Source: Eledone cirrhosa
Taxonomy: Eukaryota
Direction of reading: 5' to 3'
DNA length: 64,000 bases
NCBI GenBank assembly: GCA_964016885.1
Contig: OZ024741.1
Coordinates: 299,584,001-299,648,000, forward strand
In this document: positions 28,651 to 40,025 of the stretch, in pieces
Position numbering within the stretch: position 1 is the first letter of the stretch
Layout of the letters: every line of letters starts with the position of its first letter
The notes under the pieces: generated by a model
What the model saw: the letters and a program-made list of their open reading frames with translations, nothing else
What the model was told of the DNA's origin: nothing
The model's database searches: none
Made by a program: the position numbers and the translations under genes

Positions 28651-31130
28651 CCCAACTGGTGCTCGAACCAACGAGGTGCCACAAAAACGTCCTAGACTTA
28701 ATGTTCAGCAATCACACTGACAATATCCACAATATGACAATATCCACAATATGACTCTCTGGTCATGACATGGTTCTCTGTGATCTGAGATTCCACCGTC
28801 CAATATACAAACCCAATGTCATCTCTCCTGTCCATCCGTTTGACGCTATGGATTTCCACAATGCAAACTGGGAAGCGATCAGTCATGATCTTGCACATGT
28901 CGACTGGTCCTTCACGCACACTCATACACCCACTAACATCAAAAAGTCCTGGCAGACATTTGTGGACACTGTTACAAACATATGTGCTAAGCACACCCCA
29001 TTAAGAACTATAAACAAATCTAAGAGCAGAATCCCTAGAAGTAGAAAAATGCTCATCAGAAAAATTAAGAGAACGAACAAAAACATCAACAAGCTGAAAT
29101 ACTGTCAGCAGCAACACATCAACTTGACTGCCATTTCATCACTAGAGATTAAAAAACATAACCTCCAAAACAACATAATGTCCCTCATCAACAATCAGAG
29201 AAGAGCTGAAGAGGCCTGGGCCATTGAGAAGATCAAACTCAATCCCAAAGTGTTCTTTTCATTTGCAAAAAAACACAAAATCACTGGCTCTACTGTTGGC
29301 CCTCTAATTGATGAAAATGGCACTCTTCAAGACAATGCTAAAACCATGGGTGAGATACTGCAGAAACAATACTGCTCTGTTTTCAGCAATCCTGATATGG
29401 CCGATCTGGGCTGTATCGGCGATGTTACTCCCCATTACACCTTATCGGACATAACGTTTGTCGCCCCTGATGTCTTAGCGGCAATAAAGGAAATCAAGCA
29501 TAATTCAGCAGTAGGTCCCGATAGGTTCCCTGCTTGTGTCTTGAAGGCGTGTCAACACCAACTTGCATCTCCTCTTGCCAATCTGTGGCGGAACTCACTG
29601 GATGCTGGATATGTGCCAGAAAACCTTCTATGCCAGTCTGTTGTCCCAGTTTTCAAAAAGGGAAACAAATCCCTTGCCGTGAATTACCGTCCAATCTCAC
29701 TCACCTCTCATATCATTAAGGTATTTGAGAGAGTGGTGAGATCGCGAATGACCCACTTCCTTGAGAGTAACAATATGCTGAACTCCAACCAGCATGGATT
29801 CCGTAATGGAAGGGATTGCCTGACGCAGCTACTGCATCACTTTGATGACATTTTGAGAGCCTTGGGAGAGGGTTCCAACACTGATGTTATCTACCTTGAT
29901 TTCAGCAAGGCCTTTGACAGGGTTGATCATAACATTCTACTGAGAAAGCTGTCCAATATTGGTGTCACTGGAAAGCTGTTGCAGTGGATCAAGAGCTTCC
30001 TGTCAAACAGAACCCAACATGTTGTAGTTGAAGTAGTCAAATCCAGCCCAGCCAAAGTCAGTAGTGGGGTCCCACAAGGCACTATGTTGGGCCCACTTCT
30101 CTTCATCATCTATATTAATGACATCACTGACATCATCAAACACAGCAACATTAACATTTTCGCTGATGATTCCAAGCTCCAAAAGGTCATCAATGGCGTT
30201 GATGACCGGATAGGCCTTCAGTCAGACCTACTGGCTGTTACCCAATGGGCGGAAAAGAACAACATGTTACTGAACGAAGACAAATTCGAACTGATCCACT
30301 TTGGAAAAGAGGATGCTCTGAAACTCCCGTACTCCCTTCCCTCCGGGGAAACTCTCGTGGCATCTAACAACATCAGAGACTTGGAAGTAACCGTGGACAG
30401 CAACATAAGCTGGGCCACGCATATAAGCAGCAAAGTTGACATGGCCCGCAGAATGTGTTCCTGGATCCTCAGAACCTTCCAGTCGAGAGATTCCCACACC
30501 ATTATCTTTCTCTTCTCTACTTTTGCCCGACCACACCTTGAATACTGTTGTCCAGTGTGGTCTCCCCACACGAAACAAAGTATCATGAAACTTGAAGCTC
30601 CTCAAAGGGCAATCACGAAAAAGATAGATGGCATGTCAGACCTTGACTACTGGGGTCGACTAGAAAACCTGAAACTTTACTCACTCCAACGTCGCCGTGA
30701 GCGTTATATTATCTGCATGATGTGGAAAATGTTCCATCATCACTGCCCAAATGATGTTGGCATCGCCTTCAAGATACACCCAAGGCTTGGGCCCTGTGCT
30801 ATCCGTCCCATACAAAAATCTAAATCGCAACTCATAACAACAATACGGCACAATTATTTCACCTCAAACGGCCCTGCTCTCTTCAACATCACACCAGGAC
30901 ACGTCAAAACAGAAACTGACCACACAAAATTCAAGAAGTCTTTGGACAAATTCCTCCAAGTAATCCCGGACAAACCACCCACACCCGGATATGTCTCCGC
31001 AAACAGTAATTCTCTTCTCGAATGGACCATGGTGCCCAAATCCTGAATTGAAAGACTTCGCCAGGTGGTGCTATTAAGTTAGACATGGCCTGGGCCAATA
31101 CTGGCCAAAACATTTCAAAGTTATTCCAAG

Positions 31131-31133
<3 letters not shown>
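28651..31133 (+). mobile_element. 5'-truncated CR1/L2-like LINE
   Basis: End of APE domain (PTR..NVLDL..SGH), full RT and 3' UTR. Flanked by (TA)n on both sides. Confidence 0.92.
28770..31046 (+). CDS. LINE ORF2 reverse transcriptase (758 aa, N-terminally truncated)
   Basis: Motifs GPD, NYRPISLTS, QHGFR, YLDFSKAFD, SGVPQGTMLGPLLF, FADD, RPHLEY. Confidence 0.92.
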   Translation: MVLCDLRFHRPIYKPNVISPVHPFDAMDFHNANWEAISHDLAHVDWSFTHTHTPTNIKKSWQTFVDTVTNICAKHTPLRTINKSKSRIPRSRKMLIRKIKRTNKNINKLKYCQQQHINLTAISSLEIKKHNLQNNIMSLINNQRRAEEAWAIEKIKLNPKVFFSFAKKHKITGSTVGPLIDENGTLQDNAKTMGEILQKQYCSVFSNPDMADLGCIGDVTPHYTLSDITFVAPDVLAAIKEIKHNSAVGPDRFPACVLKACQHQLASPLANLWRNSLDAGYVPENLLCQSVVPVFKKGNKSLAVNYRPISLTSHIIKVFERVVRSRMTHFLESNNMLNSNQHGFRNGRDCLTQLLHHFDDILRALGEGSNTDVIYLDFSKAFDRVDHNILLRKLSNIGVTGKLLQWIKSFLSNRTQHVVVEVVKSSPAKVSSGVPQGTMLGPLLFIIYINDITDIIKHSNINIFADDSKLQKVINGVDDRIGLQSDLLAVTQWAEKNNMLLNEDKFELIHFGKEDALKLPYSLPSGETLVASNNIRDLEVTVDSNISWATHISSKVDMARRMCSWILRTFQSRDSHTIIFLFSTFARPHLEYCCPVWSPHTKQSIMKLEAPQRAITKKIDGMSDLDYWGRLENLKLYSLQRRRERYIICMMWKMFHHHCPNDVGIAFKIHPRLGPCAIRPIQKSKSQLITTIRHNYFTSNGPALFNITPGHVKTETDHTKFKKSLDKFLQVIPDKPPTPGYVSANSNSLLEWTMVPKS

Positions 31134-31187
<54 letters not shown>

Positions 31188-31196
<9 letters not shown>

Positions 31197-31445
31197 CGTA
31201 AAATAAGAAAATTTAAAAAATTAAAAGAATTAACTTACTTACTAAAATTTCCACTCCAGGAGTGAAAATTATAGTAAGTAAGTTAATTTTTAAAATTTTT
31301 AAAAATTTTCTTATTTTACGTCTTTTATATTATTGTTCTGCATCCTCCTGCATTGAACCACCTAGGTACTATGACATAACCTGTGTCTTTGCTAGCATTA
31401 GCGTACATCTGTACGCATATGTTAGTAGATATACTAAATTCTCTC
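31188..31445. repeat. Fold-back fragment of the 4493-5833 pLTR/retrozyme family
   Basis: 31259-31440 is the reverse complement of about 4495-4672. 31190-31257 is its inverted copy; centre at 31258. Confidence 0.85.
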
Positions 31446-31453
31446 TCTCTCTC

Positions 31454-31485
<32 letters not shown>

Positions 31486-31555
31486 CATGCACATAAATAT
31501 ACATATACATATACATATATACACACACATATATATATATACACATATATATATA

Positions 31556-31704
31556 TAGGAACGAGTGGACCCCGACGGCTGAGCTCAAGCCGTTTCGACG
31601 GCTAATTCTGGACAGAATAAATTCCAATTAACCACTCTACTACCCTAAGTATTGAGTACTTTGGTGCGTTATTGTCCACCTGGTTCCTTACCACATTTCC
31701 TCCG

Positions 31705-31706
<2 letters not shown>
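31556..31706 (-). repeat. Short repeat with a half-hammerhead; family also at 4288-4380 and 53255-53440
   Basis: Minus strand GAAA-CGGCT(TGAGCTC)AGCCG-TC-GGGG. Shares GTGCGTTAT.GTCCACCTGGTT.CTTACCA with the 53400 region. Confidence 0.65.
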
Positions 31707-31780
<74 letters not shown>

Positions 31781-32009
31781 GTGTATATATGTATATGTAT
31801 AAGTATATGTATGTGTATGTGTATATATATGTATATATATGTATATATATGTATATATGCACATACATATATACACATACATATATATATATAAATGTTT
31901 GTATTTATATATTTATAAAGCCAAAAGAATGTTGGTATGGACATAGAATATGAATGCAAATGCAAAAGATATTGTTGACAATTAGTCTTTTACCTTAAAT
32001 TTATTTAAA

Positions 32010-32053
32010 TCTCCTTAATTTTCGAGATAATATCTCTTCTTCGGAGGGAAGTA
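32010..32053 (-). ncRNA. Candidate minimal hammerhead variant (CCGAAGA core)
   Basis: Minus strand CCT-CCGAAGA-AGAGAT(ATT)ATCTC-GAAA-AT-TA-AGG. Stems I and III are weak. Confidence 0.4.
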
Positions 32054-32124
32054 AAGCGGTTAAATCAGCGTTTTAAATAGCTTGCCAAGTCAGGCTGACA
32101 GAAAAATATATGTACATATGTGTG

Positions 32125-32181
<57 letters not shown>

Positions 32182-32364
32182 GCATGTGTGTATATATGTG
32201 TATATATGTATGTATATGTGTGTATATATATATATGTATATGTATATATATATATGTGTGTGTGTGTATGTATATAATGGTAAGTTCTTCCGGGTTTAAT
32301 CGGAGGTAACCACAGTAAGTAAGGTACTCATACATAGAAGAGTATAACAGTTATAATATAGATG

Positions 32365-32415
32365 AGATTCTACAAGACTAGAACTGTTTCATTGTCTAGA
32401 AATCCTCAGGAATCT
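32365..32415 (-). ncRNA. Type I hammerhead ribozyme in a pLTR-like repeat
   Basis: Minus strand AGATTC-CTGAGGA-TTTCTAGACAAT-GAAA-CAGTTCTAGTCTTG-TA-GAATCT. Stem I is a perfect 6 bp; stem II is weak. Confidence 0.7.
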
Positions 32416-32838
32416 GGCTTTCCAAAATAAATGTTGTGGCATTTATATCTTTTCAGGTGGTAGGAGAGGGTGGAGGTCATTGGTTGAAAGGAAAGGGAAT
32501 TCATTAAAAGCTAATTCTTTAAGGCCAGAATTTATATTTAGAGTGACAAATGCAGAAATAATTCTATAAAGAAGTTCAGATTGGGGTGCCACTTCTTATC
32601 TTTAAGTTTCTCTTATGCTAACAATGCCTATATTTCAGATGTCTATAAGAGGGTTGGGGGTCGGTCATGGTTGATGGATTTAAAGAAACGGGAAATTCTC
32701 TAAAAACTAATTCTTTAAAGCTCTACTTAGAGTGACAAAGGCCAAGAGAATTCTATGAACCAGTTCAAAATATTGGGTGCCTATCATATCATCATTGTCA
32801 TGTTTCTCTTAAGCTATATTCCAGGTGTAAACAGACAC

Positions 32839-32910
<72 letters not shown>

Positions 32911-32918
32911 ACACACAC

Positions 32919-32949
<31 letters not shown>

Positions 32950-32998
32950 CACATATATATACACATATATAAATATTAATATATATATATATATATAC

Positions 32999-33030
<32 letters not shown>

Positions 33031-33141
33031 GCTTATATATAAATATATACACATATATAAACATATACAAACACATCTACAGATATACACATATATACAC
33101 GTATACAAAAACATAAATACACATACATAAATATATATATG

Positions 33142-33228
<87 letters not shown>

Positions 33229-33355
33229 GTATATGTATTTATGTATTTTGTATATGTGTATATATGTGTATATATGTAGATGTGTTTGTATATGTTTGTA
33301 TATGTGTATATATTTATATATATATATATATATATGCATATATATATATATATGC

Positions 33356-33445
<90 letters not shown>

Positions 33446-33605
33446 GTGTATATATATATATGTGTGTGTGTGTATGTGAATGTGTCTGTTGACACCTGGA
33501 ATATAGTTTAAGAGAAACATTGTGTATATGTATTTATGTATTTTGTATATGTGTATATATGTTTATATCAGTAGATGTGTTTGTATATGTGTGTATATGT
33601 GTATA

Positions 33606-33689
<84 letters not shown>

Positions 33690-33906
33690 CATATATATTT
33701 ATATAGAAGGATTTTAATGGATACAGTTAAGTTAAAAGGAATTTATTGACACGTGTTTCTATAACAGTATGTACATATCTACACATATATACATGTACAT
33801 ACATACGCGTTCATGTGTATACATTTTCATACTCAACTTATCTTTATATACACACGTATAGACACACACATATATACACACATACTCCAGTCTTTGTGTA
33901 TATATA

Positions 33907-33965
<59 letters not shown>

Positions 33966-33977
33966 TTAATATAGATG

Positions 33978-34028
33978 AGATTCTACAGGACTAGAACTGT
34001 TTCATTCTTTAGAAATCATCATGAATCT
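33978..34028 (-). ncRNA. Hammerhead copy with C3>A core substitution
   Basis: Minus strand AGATTC-ATGATGA-TTTCTAAAGAAT-GAAA-CAG(TTCTAGTC)CTG-TA-GAATCT. A truncated copy lies at 25099-25130. Confidence 0.6.
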
Positions 34029-34495
34029 GGGTATCAAAAAATAAATATGGTATTTATAGGTCTCTACAAGTGGTAGGAGAGGGTGGGGAGTGGGATGGGT
34101 GTAGGTCATTGGTTGATAGAAAAGGAATTCATTAAAAGCTAATTCTACAAAGCTATAGTTTATTTTTATTATTAATTTTTGTTTTTAGTAACAAAGGTAG
34201 ACAGAATTCTATAAACAGGTTCCGGATGGCATACCATTCCTTGTCATTAAGATTCTCTTAAGCTAACAGATGTCTATAAAATCAGTGGGGGGTCAGTCAT
34301 GGTAGATAGAATTAAAGGAAAGGGAGATTCTTTAAAAGCTGAATTCATTAAGGTTCTACCAAGTGACAAAGGTTTAGAGAATTCTGTAGACAGATTCAAA
34401 ATACTGAGTGCATATCTTACAATTATCTTCGAACTTCTCTTAAACTAATCAACTATATGCCAAAAATCAACAGACACATTCACAAAAAAACACAC

Positions 34496-34605
34496 TCACT
34501 CACACACTCGCGCGCAACCATAAACACACATACACATACACATATACACACATAAAAAAACACACACATATATAAATATATTTATATATATATATATATA
34601 CACAC

Positions 34606-34648
<43 letters not shown>

Positions 34649-34779
34649 CATATATGTATACACACACACACACACACACACATATATACACATATATATA
34701 CACTCACACACATACATACATACACACAAATATACATGTGTATACAAATACATACATATACACATACATATATATATAT

Positions 34780-34839
<60 letters not shown>

Positions 34840-34893
34840 CATACATATACACACATATATATATATATATATACATATACACACACATACACA

Positions 34894-34967
<74 letters not shown>

Positions 34968-35002
34968 TATATACATAAACAAATATATACATATCCATAC
35001 AC

Positions 35003-35033
<31 letters not shown>

Positions 35034-35069
35034 CACACACACATATACACATATATAAGGAAAAAGCAC

Positions 35070-35139
<70 letters not shown>

Positions 35140-35623
35140 TATACACATATATACATATACAAATATACATATACACACATATAAACACATACACACACAC
35201 ACAATATATATACACATATATACATATACACACACACACACACAAACATACACACATACACACATACATACATACATACATATACAAATATATATACATA
35301 TATACGTATACACACATATATATATATATATATATATACATACACATATATACATATACATACATACACATACACACACATATATACACATATACACATA
35401 TATACACACAGACACACACACACATACACATGCATATATATAAATATATATATACACATATATCTATATATATACATATATACACATACATACACAGACA
35501 TATACATAAATATACACATATATACAAACATATATACGCATATATACACACATATATACATATATATATATATATACACTTATACATACACAAATATATA
35601 TACACACACTCTCTCTCACGCAC

Positions 35624-35715
<92 letters not shown>

Positions 35716-35747
35716 CTGCACACATATATATATACACACACACACAT

Positions 35748-35814
<67 letters not shown>

Positions 35815-35843
35815 CATACACATACAGATACATACACATATAT

Positions 35844-35932
<89 letters not shown>

Positions 35933-36060
35933 TATACATATATACAAATATATACATACATAAATATACACACATAACACACATATACACACATAGATAT
36001 ATATATATACATACCCATACATATACACACATACACACAAATATATACACATACAAATAA
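34496..36060. repeat. ~1.6 kb compound (TA)n/(CA)n/(TACA)n microsatellite
   Basis: Direct inspection. Confidence 0.95.
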
Positions 36061-36099
36061 ATAAGTACTCAATAAATATACGCATATACGCAGGCACAT

Positions 36100-37450
36100 A
36101 AAAACACCTCTACAGGCAGAAAATGTAGATAGGAAAGAGGTACTCACATAACCATAGTGGCCGTATTTCAGGTTGAGGAGGGGTGGTGGTAGGGTGGGAA
36201 TGAGGTATAGGGGCCAATAGGGGGAGGTCGTTTTTAGCCATCGGGCTTTAACACTGGCTTAAAGTGTTTGAAAGTTGCAAAGTTCTTGTGCATGCAGTTC
36301 GGGCAGTGTTCAGAGAGTTTGTTCAGTAGCGGACCCTTGGCGAATAAAATTTCGTAGCTTTCTGAAATACAAAGGTCGCAGCCCTTGTGTCCTCCGTGGT
36401 AAGCGCGCGCTTTCTGGAGTATTTTCCATTTAAGCGTGAAGGGGGTGGAGTTCCTTTTGAGGTCCTAAACGTAGGAGGCGAGTGTTGTCTGATTTGATTT
36501 GTCCCGTTTTTCTGAAGGAGTGGGTATGGGCATACCAACGGGTCTTAAAGTTGTTGGAGGTCATGCCGATGTAAGTTTTTTTGCAATCCTCGGTGCCTGA
36601 GATGACATCGCATTTGTATACGATATCATTTGTGAGGTATTTGTTTTCAAGTGGGCATGCTTCCTTATTTAGGCAATTACATAGAGCCCCAGTCCGGGGA
36701 TTGGGTTCGGAGGTGGTTGGCTTATTTAATTTTTTAGAATTGTGGTTGGCTATATTCCTAGCTAGGTTAGGTGTGGTGGAGTAAGACAGTCTTATTGTGT
36801 TCTTATTAAAGATGGTATGGTACCTATGTTGTATGGGGAAGTATAATTTCGGCAAAGTGAAGAAAATCCTAGCTATCGGAGTAGATACCTCTCTATTGAA
36901 GGGAGGGTTGTACCAGCTAATCTGCCTATGTCTATTCCTCCTCTGCAATCTTGCGGTGGTTTCTAGGTAAGTTATCTTATCTTTAAATCCGCTACGGGCG
37001 AGGGCGTCATTGTAGTAGGAGGCAGATGCATTACAAATATCTTTGTTGGCGGAGAGGCCAGATATTCTAATAGAGACGCTTTTTACTAGGTTATCAGTGA
37101 TGTTTTGGGGGTAGTTTGAATTAACATTAATATATTTAAGGGACTCGTTAGGTTTGTGGTACGGGTAATAGAGGGAAGTATCTAGGTCGAGAGTGACATC
37201 TAAGAAGTTGGCCCTAGTCAAATTAGATTCTATAGTTATACTAAATCCTAGATTAGAGAAGAAAGAGCTTAAGTTTTTCCGAAACCCATCGGTGGTTCTG
37301 GGGTTAACCTTATGCAGGGCGAAGAGGCCGTCGTCTCGGTATAAACCTCCCGTTAGGCCGGTAAAGCGGTTCTTCAGGTGATGTAGGATGTACAGGCCCA
37401 CAAGGTCGCTAATTTCAGCCGAGTCACTCGCCCCCATGCTTACGTCAAAT
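36100..37450 (-). mobile_element. 5'-truncated Naiad-like Penelope element (RT plus GIY-YIG)
   Basis: FDVSMGASDSAE, GLYRDDG, FLDVTLDL, WYNPPF, CNCLNKEACPL, YIGMTSNNFKTRW. Confidence 0.92.
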
Positions 37451-37464
37451 GTATATATATATAT

Positions 37465-39957
37465 ATAAACACTTTAATACATGAATGCACTTACATCTAA
37501 CTATACACATCAAACATATATATATATATACTTATTTATATACATTTTCACATATATATACATACTTATGGTCGCTTTTAGACACATTCATTATAGCATA
37601 TTTGCACCTATTCTCATCAGCATATCTTTCCATTATTAGTGTGGTAATTTAAGGTTATTAATATACATATATATGTTGAGAAGAGATTGTTTTTATATTT
37701 TTCTAACTAGATTGAGGTTTATATAGTTGGGGTGGATGTCTCTCTTTTATGTAATATTCAACTTGTAGTGGGAAAAAAGGGTTTTAGTTGGGCGACGGCA
37801 GAATAATGTTCGTTCAATTCTGTTATTCAGCAATTTCCTCTTGTGTGTGATTATGTAATAGATCTCAAGATCACACAATTTGAGACATTTTGGCTCCTGG
37901 AAAAGCTTTGGGTTTTAGCTAATTTCTCCCATTTTAGGGTAAACTTTTGATCGCTATCCCTGAGCGTCCAAGCTTTTTCTGCTAAAGTTGTTACATTTCT
38001 TTGGCTCTGGTGTTTTATTGAGTAAGAATGCCTATATAATCGAGATTTAAACGATGTTGCCGTTGATCCCACGTAATACCACTCATTGCCTCCGGATTTA
38101 ATGGTACACTTATAAATAATATTTTTTTCCAGGCAGTTATTGCCGAGGGGGCAGTTGTCAGGATAGGTGCAGTTACAGTTGTGTACGTTGGGTTTTCTCT
38201 GGAGTAGTATTGCGAACGAACTTAGGTGTGGTTTATTTATGTTCTGTAGTGTATTGTCTACTGTTTTTTTTGTGTTCTTTGTACTTAAGTTTTTAGTGTT
38301 TTCGTTTAACCTTCTAGTATTGATCTTTTTTATGTGTTGTTCAAGGTTTAACGCTGTAGAGTATGACAGTCTTATAGTGGTAGGGTTTAGGATTTTGTGG
38401 TATTTGTGTGATGTAGGAAAATGTCTCTTAATTATTTTAAAGAAGAGTACTGGTAAATGTGTACTAATGGAACTATTGTATTTTGGGTTATACCATAAGT
38501 ACTCTTTGCATCGCTTTCTATTAGTTTTGTTTGTTGGTTTATTGGTGTGTATACTATGGTAGTAAGTGTGGTTTGGTGTTGTGTTATTATATCTACCTAT
38601 GTGGGATTTAATTTGGGTGTTTTGATTGTTCTCATCTATATACTCTATTTTGTTGAGGTACCCTGCTTTACTAAGGGCGTTATCGTAGTACTCGGCGTGT
38701 TCCTTAAATACTTGTATGTTAGAAGATAGACCCGAGATTCTAAGGGAAATACTTTTATGGATAGATTTAATTATAGAGATGGGGTGGTTAGACCCAACAT
38801 TTACGTACTTGAGATGTTCATTCAATTTATGAAACGGTTTAATCAGACCAGAGTTTAAATTGAGTGTGACATCCAGGAAGTTAACTACTTTAAGGTTGTA
38901 TTCATATGTTATAGTTAGTCCTATTTCGAGTAGTAGTTTTCTTATATCTTTGCGCAGTTTTTCTAGTTTTTGGTTATTTAGGTTTTTAACTAGGAGCAGA
39001 ACATCGTCGCGGTATATTCCGCCGTGGAGATTGCTGAATTTTTCCTGGAGTCTAAAGGCGATAAATAACCCCACAATATCAGTTATTTCCGCCGAATCGT
39101 TAGAGCCCATTGTTATGTCAAAGTGAGAGGGTCTATCTTTACGTACCCAATAACTGTTCTCAAATTTGACTATAGTTTTCCTAGCTTCTAATATAATCTT
39201 AATTTCATCGTTTGTAAGGTCAGAGTTATCCTTAGGAAACTTAATGGCTCTATTTATACACATGAACGCGTATGTATGTACATGTATATATGTGTATATA
39301 TATATGTATGCATGTGCATATGTATGTAAGTATGAGCATGTAAGTATGTGTATGTGAGTATATGTATTTTGTAGAGGTGTGCATATATGTTTGTGTGTGA
39401 ATGCGTGGGCGAAAGGATACGTACACTTGAAAGAAAAATTTAAGTCTGAATGTTAATTAAGTGCAAACACAAAACCAACCACGCATATCTGTACTATCTC
39501 TAATCCTTCTATAGATTTAGAAAAATAACCAATAATATATTGGTCAAAACAACAGATGGGAATCTAATTACTCACTGCCACCAAAAATTCTCACTGCTAT
39601 CAAAAAACCACTCCCTCAACTATTCTTCTAACAACTTCACCCCTCCCTCCTAATATTCTCTATAAAAACCAAACAGGTCCTCAGTAAAATTATTCCGACG
39701 AAATGACAGTTGATAATAACATTGAAATATTGAATGTCTGCATAACTAATACTTTGTAGATAGCAGCTGTTTTCAGGTTATGTAACTGTTATAGAAACAC
39801 GTGTCAATAAATTCCTTTTAACTAAACTGTATCCATTAAAATCCTTCTATTTTTCTCCGGATTACTTTTGGAACTACAACTGGAACCGTCGAGCAAACTC
39901 TACGTGAGCTGTCCATCTACTGTGTGTAATATTTATATTACAACACTACGGAAAATA

Positions 39958-39960
<3 letters not shown>
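37465..39960 (-). mobile_element. Naiad-like Penelope element, 5'-truncated, with an inverted pLTR at 39254-39960
   Basis: 470-aa ORF. The segment upstream of the ORF is the element's own 3' region in inverted orientation, as judged from the 25430-27225 copy. Confidence 0.9.
37851..39263 (-). CDS. Penelope RT plus GIY-YIG endonuclease (truncated, C-terminal frameshift)
   Basis: FDITMGSNDSAE, GIYRDD, FLDVTLNL, CNCTYPDNCPL, IIYKC..YYVGST. Confidence 0.9.
   Translation of the reverse strand: MCINRAIKFPKDNSDLTNDEIKIILEARKTIVKFENSYWVRKDRPSHFDITMGSNDSAEITDIVGLFIAFRLQEKFSNLHGGIYRDDVLLLVKNLNNQKLEKLRKDIRKLLLEIGLTITYEYNLKVVNFLDVTLNLNSGLIKPFHKLNEHLKYVNVGSNHPISIIKSIHKSISLRISGLSSNIQVFKEHAEYYDNALSKAGYLNKIEYIDENNQNTQIKSHIGRYNNTTPNHTYYHSIHTNKPTNKTNRKRCKEYLWYNPKYNSSISTHLPVLFFKIIKRHFPTSHKYHKILNPTTIRLSYSTALNLEQHIKKINTRRLNENTKNLSTKNTKKTVDNTLQNINKPHLSSFAILLQRKPNVHNCNCTYPDNCPLGNNCLEKNIIYKCTIKSGGNEWYYVGSTATSFKSRLYRHSYSIKHQSQRNVTTLAEKAWTLRDSDQKFTLKWEKLAKTQSFSRSQNVSNCVILRSIT

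Positions 39961-40025
<65 letters not shown>

Larger units (their letters stand above)
32340..34495. mobile_element. Cluster of pLTR-like repeats, direct and inverted, interleaved with microsatellites
   Basis: 32350-32840 resembles 33960-34490. 33475-33520 and 40035-40360 are inverted copies of 32480-32845. Confidence 0.7.

Noticed and set aside
34496-36147. Long [12 protein letters not shown] ORFs here and throughout the window
   Set aside because: Translations of dinucleotide microsatellites.
36230-39263. Selenoprotein-type (UGA-for-Cys) Naiad elements
   Set aside because: The conserved Cys positions read in these copies and in 17023-18163 are Cys codons or ordinary substitutions; no in-frame TGA was seen there.
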